Source of the DNA: Lepidodermella squamata
Lineage: Eukaryota; Animalia; Gastrotricha
NCBI GenBank assembly: GCA_047495785.1
Contig: JBLDXI010000054.1
Coordinates: 868,001-932,000 of the forward strand
DNA length: 64,000 bases
Reading direction: 5' to 3'
A program made the translations under genes and the position numbers. The notes beneath the pieces are model-generated. The model made no database searches, was not told the DNA's origin, and saw only the letters and a program-made list of their open reading frames with translations. Positions within the stretch are counted from its first letter, which is position 1. The number at the start of each line of letters is the position of its first letter. Below are positions 12,081 through 24,293 of this stretch, piece by piece.

Positions 12081-12577
12081 TTAGAGATGAAGTTGTTTGT
12101 TGTTTTGATTGAACAGCCTTCAATTTTGATGTAAAATTTAGGCGGGAATAGGTGTTGTAGTCCGCTGGAAGGACTATCATTTGCGATTTTTCCCCAAAGA
12201 CAATGAGGCAGTTACGAGCGAGCCAATCACTAACAATCTAGTTTTTGAGAAATCTCAGAAAATGTAATATTCAGTCGCTGATATTTCAATGATTTCATTG
12301 CCAATATAATATCAAAACACCACTCTGTCGCAAAAGAAATTCTTTTTCTTATTCTTTTCAGACCCAAAGGCAATAACAAAATCTTATAGAGTAATTGAAA
12401 TTTCACAAAAGACGCCCCATTTTTCAGATGAGTCAAAACGATGAGTGTAGCTAGGTAACTCGCTATTCAGTTGAAACAACCTAATTTACATTAAGGTGGA
12501 TGAATAGCCGCACAAGAAAGCGCATTAATTTGACCATGGTCGACTCATAACAAACTGTACAATATGATAACGTAAGG

Positions 12578-14151
12578 ATGCGACTGACTTTAAAGCGAAT
12601 GTTTTTGCTCGCCATAGCTGCTACGATCGCCATTCACGCTCTGATTTCCTACTTATCAGGCGATATTCGCTCATTTTGGCACCGTCAAATCAGCAACTAT
12701 AGAAATAGCCCGCTCAGTGATAAAATTCCGCTTTATCCAGAATACGGCAACGTTAGAACTATACTTATCTGGACGAAAAGGTATACGCCCCACACAAATT
12801 ATTAAATCTCCGAAATCAGCATTGAAATTTAGATTTGGAACCATGCCGTGGAGGCTATTGGATTTTGAGATGGACCGCGAGACTATTATCATGAATCAGA
12901 ACTCGAAACAGTCGCTTTGCCGCATTACCTTCGATAAAAACGCCATTCAAACCGCCTCAGCCTTGTTATTCCACGCCTACGATACAAACCCGATGGATAT
13001 GCCACCTCACAGAGCGCCATGGCAGCGATATATCTTTTTCACAATGGAGCCACCAGAGTGGAACCAATATTTGGATTGGTCATTCCTTTCGAGTGTACGG
13101 TTCAACTGGACGATAAGCTACTCGAGAAACGCAGATATAACTATTCCTTACTGGCGCCTGGTAAAAAACGAGCACGTTCCTCCGGATCTATCGTGGCAAT
13201 TAGACTTTTTCGTCAATGATTTCCATGCAAGAACATACGACGCTGTTTGGATAGTCAGCCATTGCGAGTTGGTCATTTTTACTTTATCATTGCGAAAATT
13301 CAAATTTAAGAGCCTGGTATGATCCAAAGGGCATCGTTCAAAAGATGTATTACGCAATTTTTTTAATTATGAAAGCTGAATGCTGAAATGTTTATTTAAT
13401 TCACTATAGGACTGATGGGAAACGGGAAGCTATTGTCAAGAGACTTATCGAACTGGGGATGAAAATCGACATTTTCGGAGTATGTGCTAATCGGAGTTTT
13501 GAGGACCTATTCGATTGGAACGGCGAGTCTTTCCTAACGAACTACCGATTCTACCTCGCTTTCGAAAACGGAGTCTGCAACGATTACTACACAGAGAAGG
13601 CTGAACGAAGTATGATCGCAAGTCAACGATACGGGACTATTCCTATTGTCTACGGTGGGGCGGATTATTCGAAAATTATGCCGCCGAACTCGTTCATAAA
13701 CATTCTAGACTTTCAATCTGTTGACGAGTTCTGGAACTACGTGAAATTCCTGAAAAATCCTAGGAACAAAATGAAGCTGCAGGAATTCTACGCATGGCAT
13801 TACAATTATGAAGTCAAAGATGAGTCCTATTTAGTCGAAGTAATGAGATCGACTTGTTCGAAATTGTGGGCGTCCGATAATGAAGAATCCAAGTCTTATT
13901 CATATTTAAGTTCTACATCTTTCAGTAACTGTACATTGCCTGATATTGCAAAGCAAATCATTGAGTCCTTCGAACTATATCCCTTTTTCACTTTTGCCAC
14001 AAATTTAGCGATCTTTCGAAACAATCATTCCACGATCTTTCTTTTTGCTTTAATACTGGTTGTTGTAGTAGGTACTAAGCTATTTTTACGACGCTTCAGA
14101 GTGTTTATCGTTCGAGATATGGATAAATCATTCTCAGGCTTCCGAAAATAA
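12578..14151 (+). CDS. Alpha-1,3-fucosyltransferase (GT10) paralog 1, with extra C-terminal hydrophobic segment
   Basis: N-terminal TM; LLFH, QRYIFFTMEPP, FNWTISYSRNADI, WIVSHC; GT10 motif YRFYLAFENGVCNDYYTEK. Introns 12781-12832 and 13268-13409. Confidence 0.9.
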
Positions 14152-14329
14152 TATTCAATACCTTGATTTTAAGCAAATAAAATGAATTATTAACTACATG
14201 TGTTGATCTTTCCTCCCTGTTGAGTTGTCACCGATTCGATCTGGGTTTGGTTGGATTTGTTTATCTGGAAATACACATACAGTTGTGCCACGTGTCGCAT
14301 TTAATACTCGTCGAGCGCGTACCTAGCCG

Positions 14330-14459
14330 AAAAATATACCTCGCCGCACACACTGCGCATTGCAATTATCGATCGCGTGTCTTTCACAAGCACTTTCGGC
14401 TGTGAAAGACACGCGATCGATAATTGCAATGCGCAGTGTGTGCGGCGAGGTATATTTTT
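14330..14459. repeat. Perfect 59-bp inverted repeat with 12-nt spacer
   Basis: Arm 14330-14388 is the exact reverse complement of 14401-14459. Confidence 0.95.
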
Positions 14460-14963
14460 TTTGCTGTGTGCCAACAACGTCGCACAAGCTTTTTTTAAAC
14501 ATATATGAATACGCATTCACTTTCTGGACGTGGGCAGCAATAGCAATAGCGCACATTTGCCGGCTTACCGCTTATTCTTTATAGGTATTGTGGTATATAG
14601 TGCGGCTAAAACTACGGCTCAAAATAACCATTTGAAATTTGGGCATCGGGCATGCAATTTTGTTTACCACTTGACAAAAGCTATTTTTCTATAAAAGGAG
14701 CGCCGTGAATTCAGCGACTTAGGTGAAAGTAAGTCCCGCCCTCACGTAAAAACCCATATTTCAGAGTTACTTTAATTCATAGGTACCAAATCTTACCATT
14801 GCAAAATTATTCAGAAATAATACCAATATTTTTTCATTGTTAAAATAATTTCATTGGGCATTGGGAATATAATTCACGAAATAATTTCAATTACTCGAAA
14901 TGTTAACATTTTGACATGGGATTTTAGGGTGGAGCTTCGAAGAATACCCCGGTCCTTATAAAC

Positions 14964-15431
14964 AGTAAACAGGTTTTTAATTAAAACAAGCGTAGAAAAG
15001 CGCCCCGACCCAGGCGAACCCGGAAAACCAGACAACTGAGAACCCTTGCAAAGGGCTCCCGAAGCCGGTTTCCCGGGCCGCCAGGGCCGGGGCGCGGTTT
15101 CGACGCAAGTTCCATACTACTGGAGCTGAAAAGCAGCATAACTACCAGCTGACGAAAGATGGCTATGGCATGAAAAATCATGCGACGAACTTTTTGCATA
15201 GAGTTAATTTCAGCTCGCTATCTAATTTGCATATGCACACTTTTTGAAAATTAAAAAAAGCGATGAAATAACTCATTTTTTTCTCAGTTTATCAGTTTTT
15301 CAATCAAAAAATATTCGCGCAGTTTCAGCATAGGTTTGGCACGTGCTTATAAATTGACGCGTGAAGATTTTTGAAATGCTGGCCGCGTTGTTCAGTAATC
15401 AAAGTAAAACTTGATTAAAAACCTGTTTACT
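14964..15431. mobile_element. Possible MITE with 18-bp inverted ends and a GC-rich core
   Basis: AGTAAACAGGTTTTTAAT (14964-14981) / ATTAAAAACCTGTTTACT (15414-15431). No clear TSD. Confidence 0.45.
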
Positions 15432-16033
15432 CGATTAAAGCACCATTTACCACTAAAACCTCCTCAATATGGTTCTCACGCATAAACTATTAACATAAAT
15501 TGTACCACAAATCTAGTAAGAGTAAAATGTACTCTATGTTGACAGTTGGTGGCGCACAAAAATATCATAAATTATAATTTTTTACTGTTTTTGCCTTTAA
15601 TTTTTATAGCCATGGCTTTTATGGCGGACGCGTCTTCTATATATTTTCTGTCCTCAAACGTTTGGTTTATAGTTAGGCGGCAGATTTGAAAAATGGTTTA
15701 TATATAGGCCATGTATTCAACTGATAACGGACCAAGCTTCTTGATACTACCTTCGCTACATTTTCATAGAAGACGATAATCACGCTTTTGTAGATAAGAT
15801 AAGACCCTGTATACAGCAATACGTTTATTTATCCGGTGTTTCAAACAAGCTTTCGTATTTCAGTACAAGGTTAATAAGCTAGATTATATAAAATCGGCCT
15901 GTTAAAAATCTATGTCACTTAGCAATTAATATTGAGCTATCAGTTATAAAAAAATCCAACTTAGTTTTGAAAAATCACCTCGTGTTTTGATTTGTTAATA
16001 GGTGCATTATTTATAGCCTGAGATGTGAACCCG

Positions 16034-17481
16034 ATGCGGTTGAAGCGCTCAACATGCTTAATATTGGTGTCGGCTAAAATCGCAATCTCTTTCCTGCTAT
16101 TCAAAGCTTTCTGGCTGAAATTATCCATATGGAGTACCATCAGCGACTATCGAAATCAAGACCTACTCCAGGCAGATTTCGATGAGGCCAAAGCTATTAA
16201 AATCGACGGTTTGATAAAGACGAAAACTATACTCACATGGACTGGAAGGTAAGCAAGGTTGATTTGTCTTTTGAAAACTTTTCATTGGAAAATCTCAGAT
16301 TTGGCGGGAAACCTTGGAACTATATGGGTGTCGAAATTAGAGACGGATATATCGTCCCCTCAAATGAAAAAGACCCTATAAACGCTAGAAGATGCATGAT
16401 CACTAGCAACCGATCTTTTCTAAATGAATCATCCGCAGTAATATTTCATGCTTTCGACATTAATCCCTACGACATGCCTCCGAAACGAGCGCCATGGCAA
16501 CGCTACGTCTTTTTCCACATGGAGCCGCCAGAAATAGCTAGAGATGAAGTTAATTGGCAATTCGTCTCTCATATCGGCTTTAATTTAACAATGAGTTACT
16601 CGAAAGCAGCTGATATCCAGGTCCAATACCTCAAAATAATTGAAGCGCATAAATATGGCGTGGATCAAAAAATCAACGGATTTGTCGATAATTTCGCAAA
16701 ACGGCCCTTCGACGCGTTTTGGATGGTCAGCCACTGCAGATCGGAGGGCTACCGAGAAGACTTAGTCGCCGAGATGATTCAGAATGGTTTGGCTGTCAAA
16801 GTTCACGGGCGATGCGCTGGCGAGCGTTTCGACGATTATTGGGATAACGGCGGCGACAAAATTCTGCCCGATCATAGATTTTATCTTTCATTGGAGAGCG
16901 GGTTCTGTGATGATTACGCCACGGAGAAGGCCGAGCATGGTATTTCTGCTAGTCTTGATTACGGCCTTATCCCTGTGGTTTACGGGAAAGCTAACTATAC
17001 CTCTCTCCTTCCGCCTGGATCTTTCATAAATGTCGCAGATTTCAAAAATATCGAAGAATTAGTCAATTACCTAAAATTCCTATCAAAACCTGAAAATCGA
17101 GAGAAATTGTTCGATTTCTTTCAGTGGCACAAGAAACACCAGGTTTTGAACAGCTTATACCATGTCGAAGGAATGAAAGCGCTTTGTAGCAAAATTTGGT
17201 CGGAAAATCTTTCTGACCCCCAAAGCTATGATTTCATCAATGAAAATACATTCAGTAACTGCACGGTGCCGGACTTAGTCAGCTCAGTTCGCGATAGAAG
17301 GTGGACTTTCTATTACCCGTTTTTCTCGCTGTGGACTAATATAAAGATTTTCGCTATGGCTCATCGAATTTTTCTTATTTGTATGCTGATCGTCTTTATG
17401 GCTGTTATCTTCGCCAAAACTGGTCTTTGTCTAAAAATTGTTGCATTCCGGGCTCGAGTAGCCGGTGTGAGATGGAGGTGA
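16034..17481 (+). CDS. Alpha-1,3-fucosyltransferase (GT10) paralog 2, with extra C-terminal hydrophobic segment
   Basis: ATG 16034. A 50-bp intron at 16249-16298 matches intron 1 of paralog 1. Motif HRFYLSLESGFCDDYATEK. Lacks the second intron of paralog 1. Confidence 0.88.
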
Positions 17482-17720
17482 TTTTTCTATTCAATAAAAA
17501 TGAAATAATATATTTCAACCCATTCACGGTTAATTTTTGACGCGATCAATATAGTTTTGTTGACGAGTTAAAGTGTTAAAAAGCAGCAGTTTTAAGAGCG
17601 CGCACGGTGCATTCAGCCGACTTGAATAGCCACGTGCTCGAGTACCATCTGCTGCGTACATTTAGCATCACGTTTCATTTACAAGGAAAAAAAAACAAAC
17701 GGCTTTTTAAGGTACTTACT

Positions 17721-19661
17721 ATGCCTGCCGAGGCTGCGATATGGAGCGTTGTTGTGTCTTTCCTCTTCGGCTGTGGCCTAGCCTTTCTAGCCGGTGCTAC
17801 GGAAGTTGCGCACTCCCTCGCCATCACCCACGCTCTGCGCCTTAAAACAGCATGTGGCCTAGTTACCGTCTTCACATTCCTAGGCTCAGTCCTCGGCGGA
17901 TCAGTCATCGCTCGGTCGACAGTCAGGCAATTCACGCCGATTAGCAATATTGAAAGCGATGAGCTACGAAGCATTTCCTACATGACAGCCCTTGTTGCTA
18001 CCTGGGTGTACCCTATCATCGAAAGGATTTACAAAAAAATCGCAGCGAAGCGGGGGCGAAATGTGAAGAACGACTTTTCAGCCGCATTTCTACCCAACTC
18101 AGCCGCAACTTATTGCCTTCTTGGGTCTTTAATCGGATCAAACCTTGTCTCAGAGGTAGCTGGACTAACGAGTTCAGCCGAACACCCTGGGAGTAAAGAG
18201 AATCTCATAAGTATGGTTTTCTACCTACTTGCCTCGTTTTTCGGCGCTCCGATTATTGCAGGGCTGATTTCAGCCGGGACTTTTTACATACTTCAAAATT
18301 TCGTCCTACCAGCCTCGGCGCCTAAAGAAGGCCTTAACCACAAGCAGAGAAGAAAACGAGTTGCTTTACTCGCCTGTTTTGTCTACTTTATAATCCCGGC
18401 TTTGATTTGTTACGCAACGCTAAATGGCGGCCCATTAGGCCACGCGTTTGAGCTAACTTTCGACCCTATCACCTCCCTTCCAGACTGGGTGCTGAAAGCT
18501 CTGTTCAGCCTAGGTTTCGGCCTGTTATCTTGCGGGGCCTGTCATTTCGTGATTGCGCCTCGTTTGGAGAAACATATCGTTAACAAGTCGGTTTTCATGA
18601 TGAAAAGGGGTGAGCTGATCAAGGATGCAAAGCCTCGGAGGCCAGCCGAGATACCAATGCTGAAAATCGACTCGTCGTCCCCCTCAACTTCCCGACCCCT
18701 GAGATCTGCCTTGAAGAATCCAATTTCAAACAAGTTAAGCAGCGTGAATTCCCACTCATTATCTGCACCTACTGATGAGTCTGTAGATCCTGTATCTACC
18801 GACTATTCCTTCCACCGATCTCGAACTCCGAGTCCGTCCCTACCAGACCTACCCATCATACCCCCTTTCATCGACCATAGTATCTCAGTTATGGAGGATG
18901 AGATAAAGAACGAGAATCCTATTCATAACACTAGGGAAAAAGATAATGGGGCGAAACGATTCATATTCCTCCTAATGTCTATGACTTGTTTCAACTCATT
19001 TGCCCAGGGCACGAATATGATAGGATGCATCAGTGGTCCTATAATAGCGGCCTTCAAATTCGCCCACCTCGAAAATCTCAATACTGGCGTGCCCAAAGTC
19101 AATATCAGCTCATTTAATGAAACCTATCGCCATCACTACGACACTGAAGCGTTTCTAGCTGTTGACTACAATGAGTGGTGGATTTTGATGTTGGTTTCGG
19201 GCAGTTTGTCTATTGGCTTGTGGATTTTCGGTCGGCAGTTCATTGACCGGGAGAGGCTGGCGAGGCGGCAGAGTTTGATCCGAACCCCCGGCCAGACTTC
19301 AATGACGCGATTTTGCAGCGAGTTCGGGGCGGTTGTGACTGTTCTAGCGGCTACTCTAGCCCGAGTTCCTGTCAGCTTTCTCCACTGTAAAAGCTCATCA
19401 ACTTTCACTGCGACATATCTCTTCGCCGAGCAGAGGGTTGTTCGAGACAAAACTCGCATGGCCCCGGTTGCTGAGGTTAAGAAGCCTACATTTTGGCGGC
19501 AGATCCTCCTGAAATGCGTGTTCTTCTCGTGGCCTCTGACTGTGACTTCAAGTCTCGGCATTGGCGCGTTGTTGATGATTGTAATTGGTCGTGTTTACTT
19601 TCAACTGCTGCCTATTCTGCAAAGTCAAATCATATCCACATCAGCGAGGAATGTTCATTGA
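17721..19661 (+). CDS. SLC20/PiT family phosphate-transporter-like protein with degenerate signature motifs
   Basis: Intronless. Two PHO4-like halves (AGATEVAHS…ACGLVTVFTFLGSVLGG; FNSFAQGTNMIG…GLWIFG…VPVSFLHC…SWPLTV) flank a large Ser/Pro-rich loop. Confidence 0.8.
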   Translation: MPAEAAIWSVVVSFLFGCGLAFLAGATEVAHSLAITHALRLKTACGLVTVFTFLGSVLGGSVIARSTVRQFTPISNIESDELRSISYMTALVATWVYPIIERIYKKIAAKRGRNVKNDFSAAFLPNSAATYCLLGSLIGSNLVSEVAGLTSSAEHPGSKENLISMVFYLLASFFGAPIIAGLISAGTFYILQNFVLPASAPKEGLNHKQRRKRVALLACFVYFIIPALICYATLNGGPLGHAFELTFDPITSLPDWVLKALFSLGFGLLSCGACHFVIAPRLEKHIVNKSVFMMKRGELIKDAKPRRPAEIPMLKIDSSSPSTSRPLRSALKNPISNKLSSVNSHSLSAPTDESVDPVSTDYSFHRSRTPSPSLPDLPIIPPFIDHSISVMEDEIKNENPIHNTREKDNGAKRFIFLLMSMTCFNSFAQGTNMIGCISGPIIAAFKFAHLENLNTGVPKVNISSFNETYRHHYDTEAFLAVDYNEWWILMLVSGSLSIGLWIFGRQFIDRERLARRQSLIRTPGQTSMTRFCSEFGAVVTVLAATLARVPVSFLHCKSSSTFTATYLFAEQRVVRDKTRMAPVAEVKKPTFWRQILLKCVFFSWPLTVTSSLGIGALLMIVIGRVYFQLLPILQSQIISTSARNVH

Positions 19662-20587
19662 TAAATTTATGTTTACGGAAATAATAAAAGGTTTCTGATT
19701 TGATCGGTATTGAGCTTTTTGAAGTTTTCTGAAGGGATATTTCATCAGAAGAACATTTTCTCTTGGAGTAAACCTATCAAACGTTGAAAGTGAAAGAAGG
19801 GTTTACCTTTCGCCAAGAATGGGCCCCAAAGCGTGCAAAAATGATCTTCAAGATGTATATTTAGGCTGATCACGTTTTAAATTATTTGAAGTCGTGAAGT
19901 CACAATGTTAGTTTGAGGATGAATCGAGACTGCTGAAAGAAAACATTCTGATGTGTTTTCCTCTGAAAAAGTATGTTGGTTAGGCAATCGAGGAGGTCAC
20001 CCCTCGCAATTTTAATGTGCTCCCGCTCAATCACTATAACAGTTTGATTAACTATCCAAATTAGATGTAACACGAAGATCAGCCAGACATGTTGGACTTT
20101 TTCCAGATAAGGAATCGTCAGGTTGTTTGCGGACGTACTCATTAAATATTATAGCGTCTGCGAATTTTCATTGCGCTGGTTATGATGACATTAGGGACGA
20201 GGTCGTTTCGAGCTCGTTATCAGAACTAATATACCTGTTTTGATTCGTGTTTTCAATTAAGCTACCCCGAAGAGTGCGCGAGCCGCAGTGGTATGTCGAG
20301 GAAGTAAGCGAAAATGCACCTATTTCGCTATCAACGCCATCCCACATTTTTCAAAGCGACGTCACTTCATTCTTTGAACTAGGTGTTTTTCTGTCTCCAT
20401 TCAGACAAAATTGTAATTTCCATCTGAGAAAAGTAGTTGATTTTCTTAATGTGTCTACAAGGACGCACGTGATCTTGCATACCTGTAGGCGGCGGATATT
20501 TCAGGATAACACCTGTTTTTTCGATTAGCTTTGATTATACAGATAACTGAATATTCCTACATACTGACAACTTCATTCAGACCGACG

Positions 20588-22924
20588 ATGGCTAAGATTC
20601 TACTATTAGCTTCTTTACTGGGACTTGCTGTGAACTCAGCTACCCCGAGTAAGCCTTTAACCGTCGAAATGCTGAACCTGGCTCCTTTCGCAGTGATAGA
20701 CCCTCGTCAAGCCCAGGCTGTGATGTTAGCCTCCCAGTTGGTTGTCGATCACGTGAATGTAAGAAGCGACATTCTGCCGAATTATCAACTCCAACTTACC
20801 TTTCGAGACGAAATGCTGGGAAATGCAGCTGCTCGCCGCATTATCGACTTCCGAAGAGAAATCGACGGTAATACTAGCTTCATTCAATCACCCATAGTCG
20901 TCGGCCCTGCGATTTCAACCGGCTGTAAAGCTATTGGGCCGATTTTGGGCTACGTTAATACCGTTGCAATGTCAACGCTATGCTCAGCTCCGTTCCTCGC
21001 TGAGCACAGCCGTTATCCCAATCTTTACCTTTCCATTGCTACTGGGAAGACAACAGCTTTAGCCATTCTTCGATTTATAAGGGAGGTTGGCCGTTGGTCT
21101 AGATTCGCGATCCTTTCCACATCATCTAACGCAAACGACTACGACACAGCTTTCTTCCTGCATGACCGAGCTGTAGCTCTGGGATTCACTGTACCTTGGT
21201 TCAACATGGTCACAGACATTGATTCCGAGGCAATAACATCACTCAAGGACAGTGGGTTGAGAATTATCGTGCTCAGCACTGGGGGCTTTGCTTTGTTCAG
21301 CAAATTCATGTGTGAGGCCTTCAAAGTTGGAATGACAGGACCAAGATACGTCTTCATAGCTATGACCGCAGCTTTTTCAATGGCTCCTTCACCAGGCTGC
21401 AGCATGAACGAAATGCGCTTGCAATGGGAGCAAACGTTCTACTTCGGCTATACGTCCAAACCGGAGAATTACTCAACGGTAACTGATTTGGGGTATACAG
21501 CAGCTGATTTTGAGGCTGAACTTATGAAAAGGATGAATGTGGCCACTACTGACTTGTTTTCAATGGCGTACACAGCACATGATACGGTTTTAAAGGCTGT
21601 GATGGCACTTCACAATACTGAGCTCGAACTCAAATGGCGGTACAATTTGACCCTAAGTGATTACAAGAGCGATCCAGAAAAAATTGCTAGAATCGCGAGT
21701 GAGTCATCACTCAATTCGAAGGTTGTAGGCGTTCGGGTTGGATTGATGTCCTATGCTTCTAATGGAAATTTGCAAGGGGATATCCAAGCGATTTCGCAAT
21801 GGACGCAGTTTGACGGGATGCAAAATTATGCATTGGTTAAACAACGGTCTGACGACTTTGCCTATGAAACATTCTCGCTTCAAATCCTGAGGCCATTCAA
21901 CTGGAAATCGGGTAAACTTCCTATTGACCAACCGAGGCTAGAAGTTGAGGAAAAACGGCTTCCCAACGGAATTTTCACGGCTGCAGTGGTTTTCGGAGGA
22001 GTTTTCTCATTTTGTCAACTCGCGGGGGTGATTTGGATTGGCGTTCACTGCAAGTATAGTTCCATCTTCTTTCCTTCCACAAAGATTGTTGGGTTACTCG
22101 GCAGTTTGATCCTGAACTCATCAGCAATTCTTTTTGCTATCGATAGGGTTGTGGATAACATAATTCCCTTCATTTCATCAATTGCAACTCTCTGTATTGG
22201 CGTATCACTCATCTTCAGCGCAGTTTCAATGCGTGTTTTGGTACTTGTTCGCGTTCTACGCTCATCGAACGTTAGACGAAGCGCAAGAATGAGCATTGCC
22301 CCGACTTACATCCATTCAACAAGACCGACCCATCCTAGAGAAAGCCTGAGAAGAGAATCAGGCCTGAGAAGGGATTCAGTAATGACATTCGAATCGAGGA
22401 GATCGATCAGTATCACGCGTGAATTATGGCAGCACATGGATAAAACAGCTGCTATCTCGACCATTCCCCTGGTTCTTGCTTCAGTTTTACTAGCGACCGT
22501 TTGGTTTGCTAGCCAGGACACCAATTGTCGATCGAGCATGTTAGGAAATCGTGTTTACTCGGAAGAGCTTGATATGATTAAGGAGACTCGAGTCGTTATA
22601 TGCTTCACCCCTAACATGACTGCATTCATGCTGGCAATAGGTTGCCTTCAACTGACAGTACTTGCAATAGGGGCTATCTCCGCTTACCAGATGAACCAGG
22701 TCAAAAAATTATGGAAAAATGTACCTGAATTCGCGATGACTTGTTTGGGGGTTGTAAATTCGTCGACGCTGTACGCGGCCGCTGTTCTTATCACTCTGGT
22801 TCTATCAAACAGTTTGATTGAACAACAGATGGCGATTCTTTTTTCGATATTAGTACTTTCGATTTCATCCTCCTTAACTTGGATTTCACCGGCGCTGCGG
22901 AAGTTCAACATTACTGAACCCTAA
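20588..22924 (+). CDS. Class C (GABA-B-like) orphan GPCR, subfamily A copy 1
   Basis: Signal peptide from ATG 20588; VNVRSDILPNYQL, VVGPAISTGC, WSRFAIL; 7TM with a very short C-tail. Intronless. Paralog of 60925-63237. Confidence 0.85.
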   Translation: MAKILLLASLLGLAVNSATPSKPLTVEMLNLAPFAVIDPRQAQAVMLASQLVVDHVNVRSDILPNYQLQLTFRDEMLGNAAARRIIDFRREIDGNTSFIQSPIVVGPAISTGCKAIGPILGYVNTVAMSTLCSAPFLAEHSRYPNLYLSIATGKTTALAILRFIREVGRWSRFAILSTSSNANDYDTAFFLHDRAVALGFTVPWFNMVTDIDSEAITSLKDSGLRIIVLSTGGFALFSKFMCEAFKVGMTGPRYVFIAMTAAFSMAPSPGCSMNEMRLQWEQTFYFGYTSKPENYSTVTDLGYTAADFEAELMKRMNVATTDLFSMAYTAHDTVLKAVMALHNTELELKWRYNLTLSDYKSDPEKIARIASESSLNSKVVGVRVGLMSYASNGNLQGDIQAISQWTQFDGMQNYALVKQRSDDFAYETFSLQILRPFNWKSGKLPIDQPRLEVEEKRLPNGIFTAAVVFGGVFSFCQLAGVIWIGVHCKYSSIFFPSTKIVGLLGSLILNSSAILFAIDRVVDNIIPFISSIATLCIGVSLIFSAVSMRVLVLVRVLRSSNVRRSARMSIAPTYIHSTRPTHPRESLRRESGLRRDSVMTFESRRSISITRELWQHMDKTAAISTIPLVLASVLLATVWFASQDTNCRSSMLGNRVYSEELDMIKETRVVICFTPNMTAFMLAIGCLQLTVLAIGAISAYQMNQVKKLWKNVPEFAMTCLGVVNSSTLYAAAVLITLVLSNSLIEQQMAILFSILVLSISSSLTWISPALRKFNITEP

Positions 22925-24293
22925 AGTACGGGTGAACCGCTGAATGTAAGATATTATCACATTCCATGTAATATTTTTTGAAATTTGACGTTGTACAGAG
23001 GTCATGTTCGTCCGTTTTATCGCCGGAAAAGCATTCCGGTGCATTTGTCCAAAAATAAACAAAAACTGTCCTTTCGGTTAGATAGGAAAAGCTTCCCGAA
23101 GATTCGAGATTTTTCGGGATTTACTATTTTCAAGACTATACAGTTAAATACTAGGGTGCTAATCGATTTCATTAACGTGCTTAAAAGGTTCCTGGATTCA
23201 GGACAGATCTTTTCCTCTCTCGAAACTCGAGCTATCGAGCAAAATCTGAATTATTTGCGGGCTGTGTCTCGTGTCTTGCAAGTTCGAAATTTCGGAGCAG
23301 TACGAAAAGCTTATCGAAAAAAGGTTGAATCAACAATTTTTATTCTCGAAATCACGGGTATACTTAGAGACGAAGGCTATGGCGCGCTTCCGATTTCCGT
23401 TTTCCCCTGTTCGAAACGTGCTTCTATATTCATTAGGTACAGAGAACAGACACGAATCTCGACTCTGTGAGATGTTCAAGCTGTCGCTGCTACTCTTACA
23501 AGAAGTTTTTTGTGAAACAGAATGGCTGAAATCCTACTTCGTGCATTGTTGAGTCTATCGAAAAACGATTCGATGAGAGTTGGCGTGATACACTGAAGAA
23601 CAGCGCTCATCAGCGCGCCGTTTATAATGCAGAGAACGGTCAACTTCCTAACCCAGGGTAACTCAACAGTCCACGAGCCGAGTGACCACATGGTTACTGA
23701 TAAGCATGAACAGAACCCTGGAATGTAGCTGATGACAAACATTATGAACAACGACAACGAAATTTTGACTAGATAAATCTCTTTACGCTGCCATTCTGCT
23801 AAGCCAGCTGCTGATCTTGCAGTGGAGTACAGGGATGTACCGTCATTTGGGGCAAAATGAACTTTTGGGGCTAATTGGCCAAAAATTGAGGTTTTCACAT
23901 TTTTATCGATAGCTCAAAAACTACAAGATAAAACTTCACAAAAATTTACGGGGACGATTATCAACAAGCCTTTTACAAGCCTGTAAATTTTCAGCCAGGT
24001 ATGTCCCGGAATGAGGTCACAGCATGTTGTTGTTTAAAGGTGAGTTTGGGGAGGTAAAAACGACTCCTCTAAATTGAATTACCTGGAGCCAATCACGAGG
24101 TTTGATGTTCAGATGAAATTTTTTCCTTCGACCATTTTCGTCGTAGATGACAGCAAAAAAAACCGCGACCCCAGGCGATGCACAGGTATGGCTAGGTGAT
24201 TGTGGCCAAATTACCCCATGGAAAACTCAATGATGGGGGCTAATTGGCCACCCTTATCCTTATAATGGGTTTTTAATATTTGATGATTGTGAG

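Noticed and set aside
14220-14584. Overlapping short ORFs on both strands with shared peptide
   Set aside because: Artefact of the perfect palindrome.
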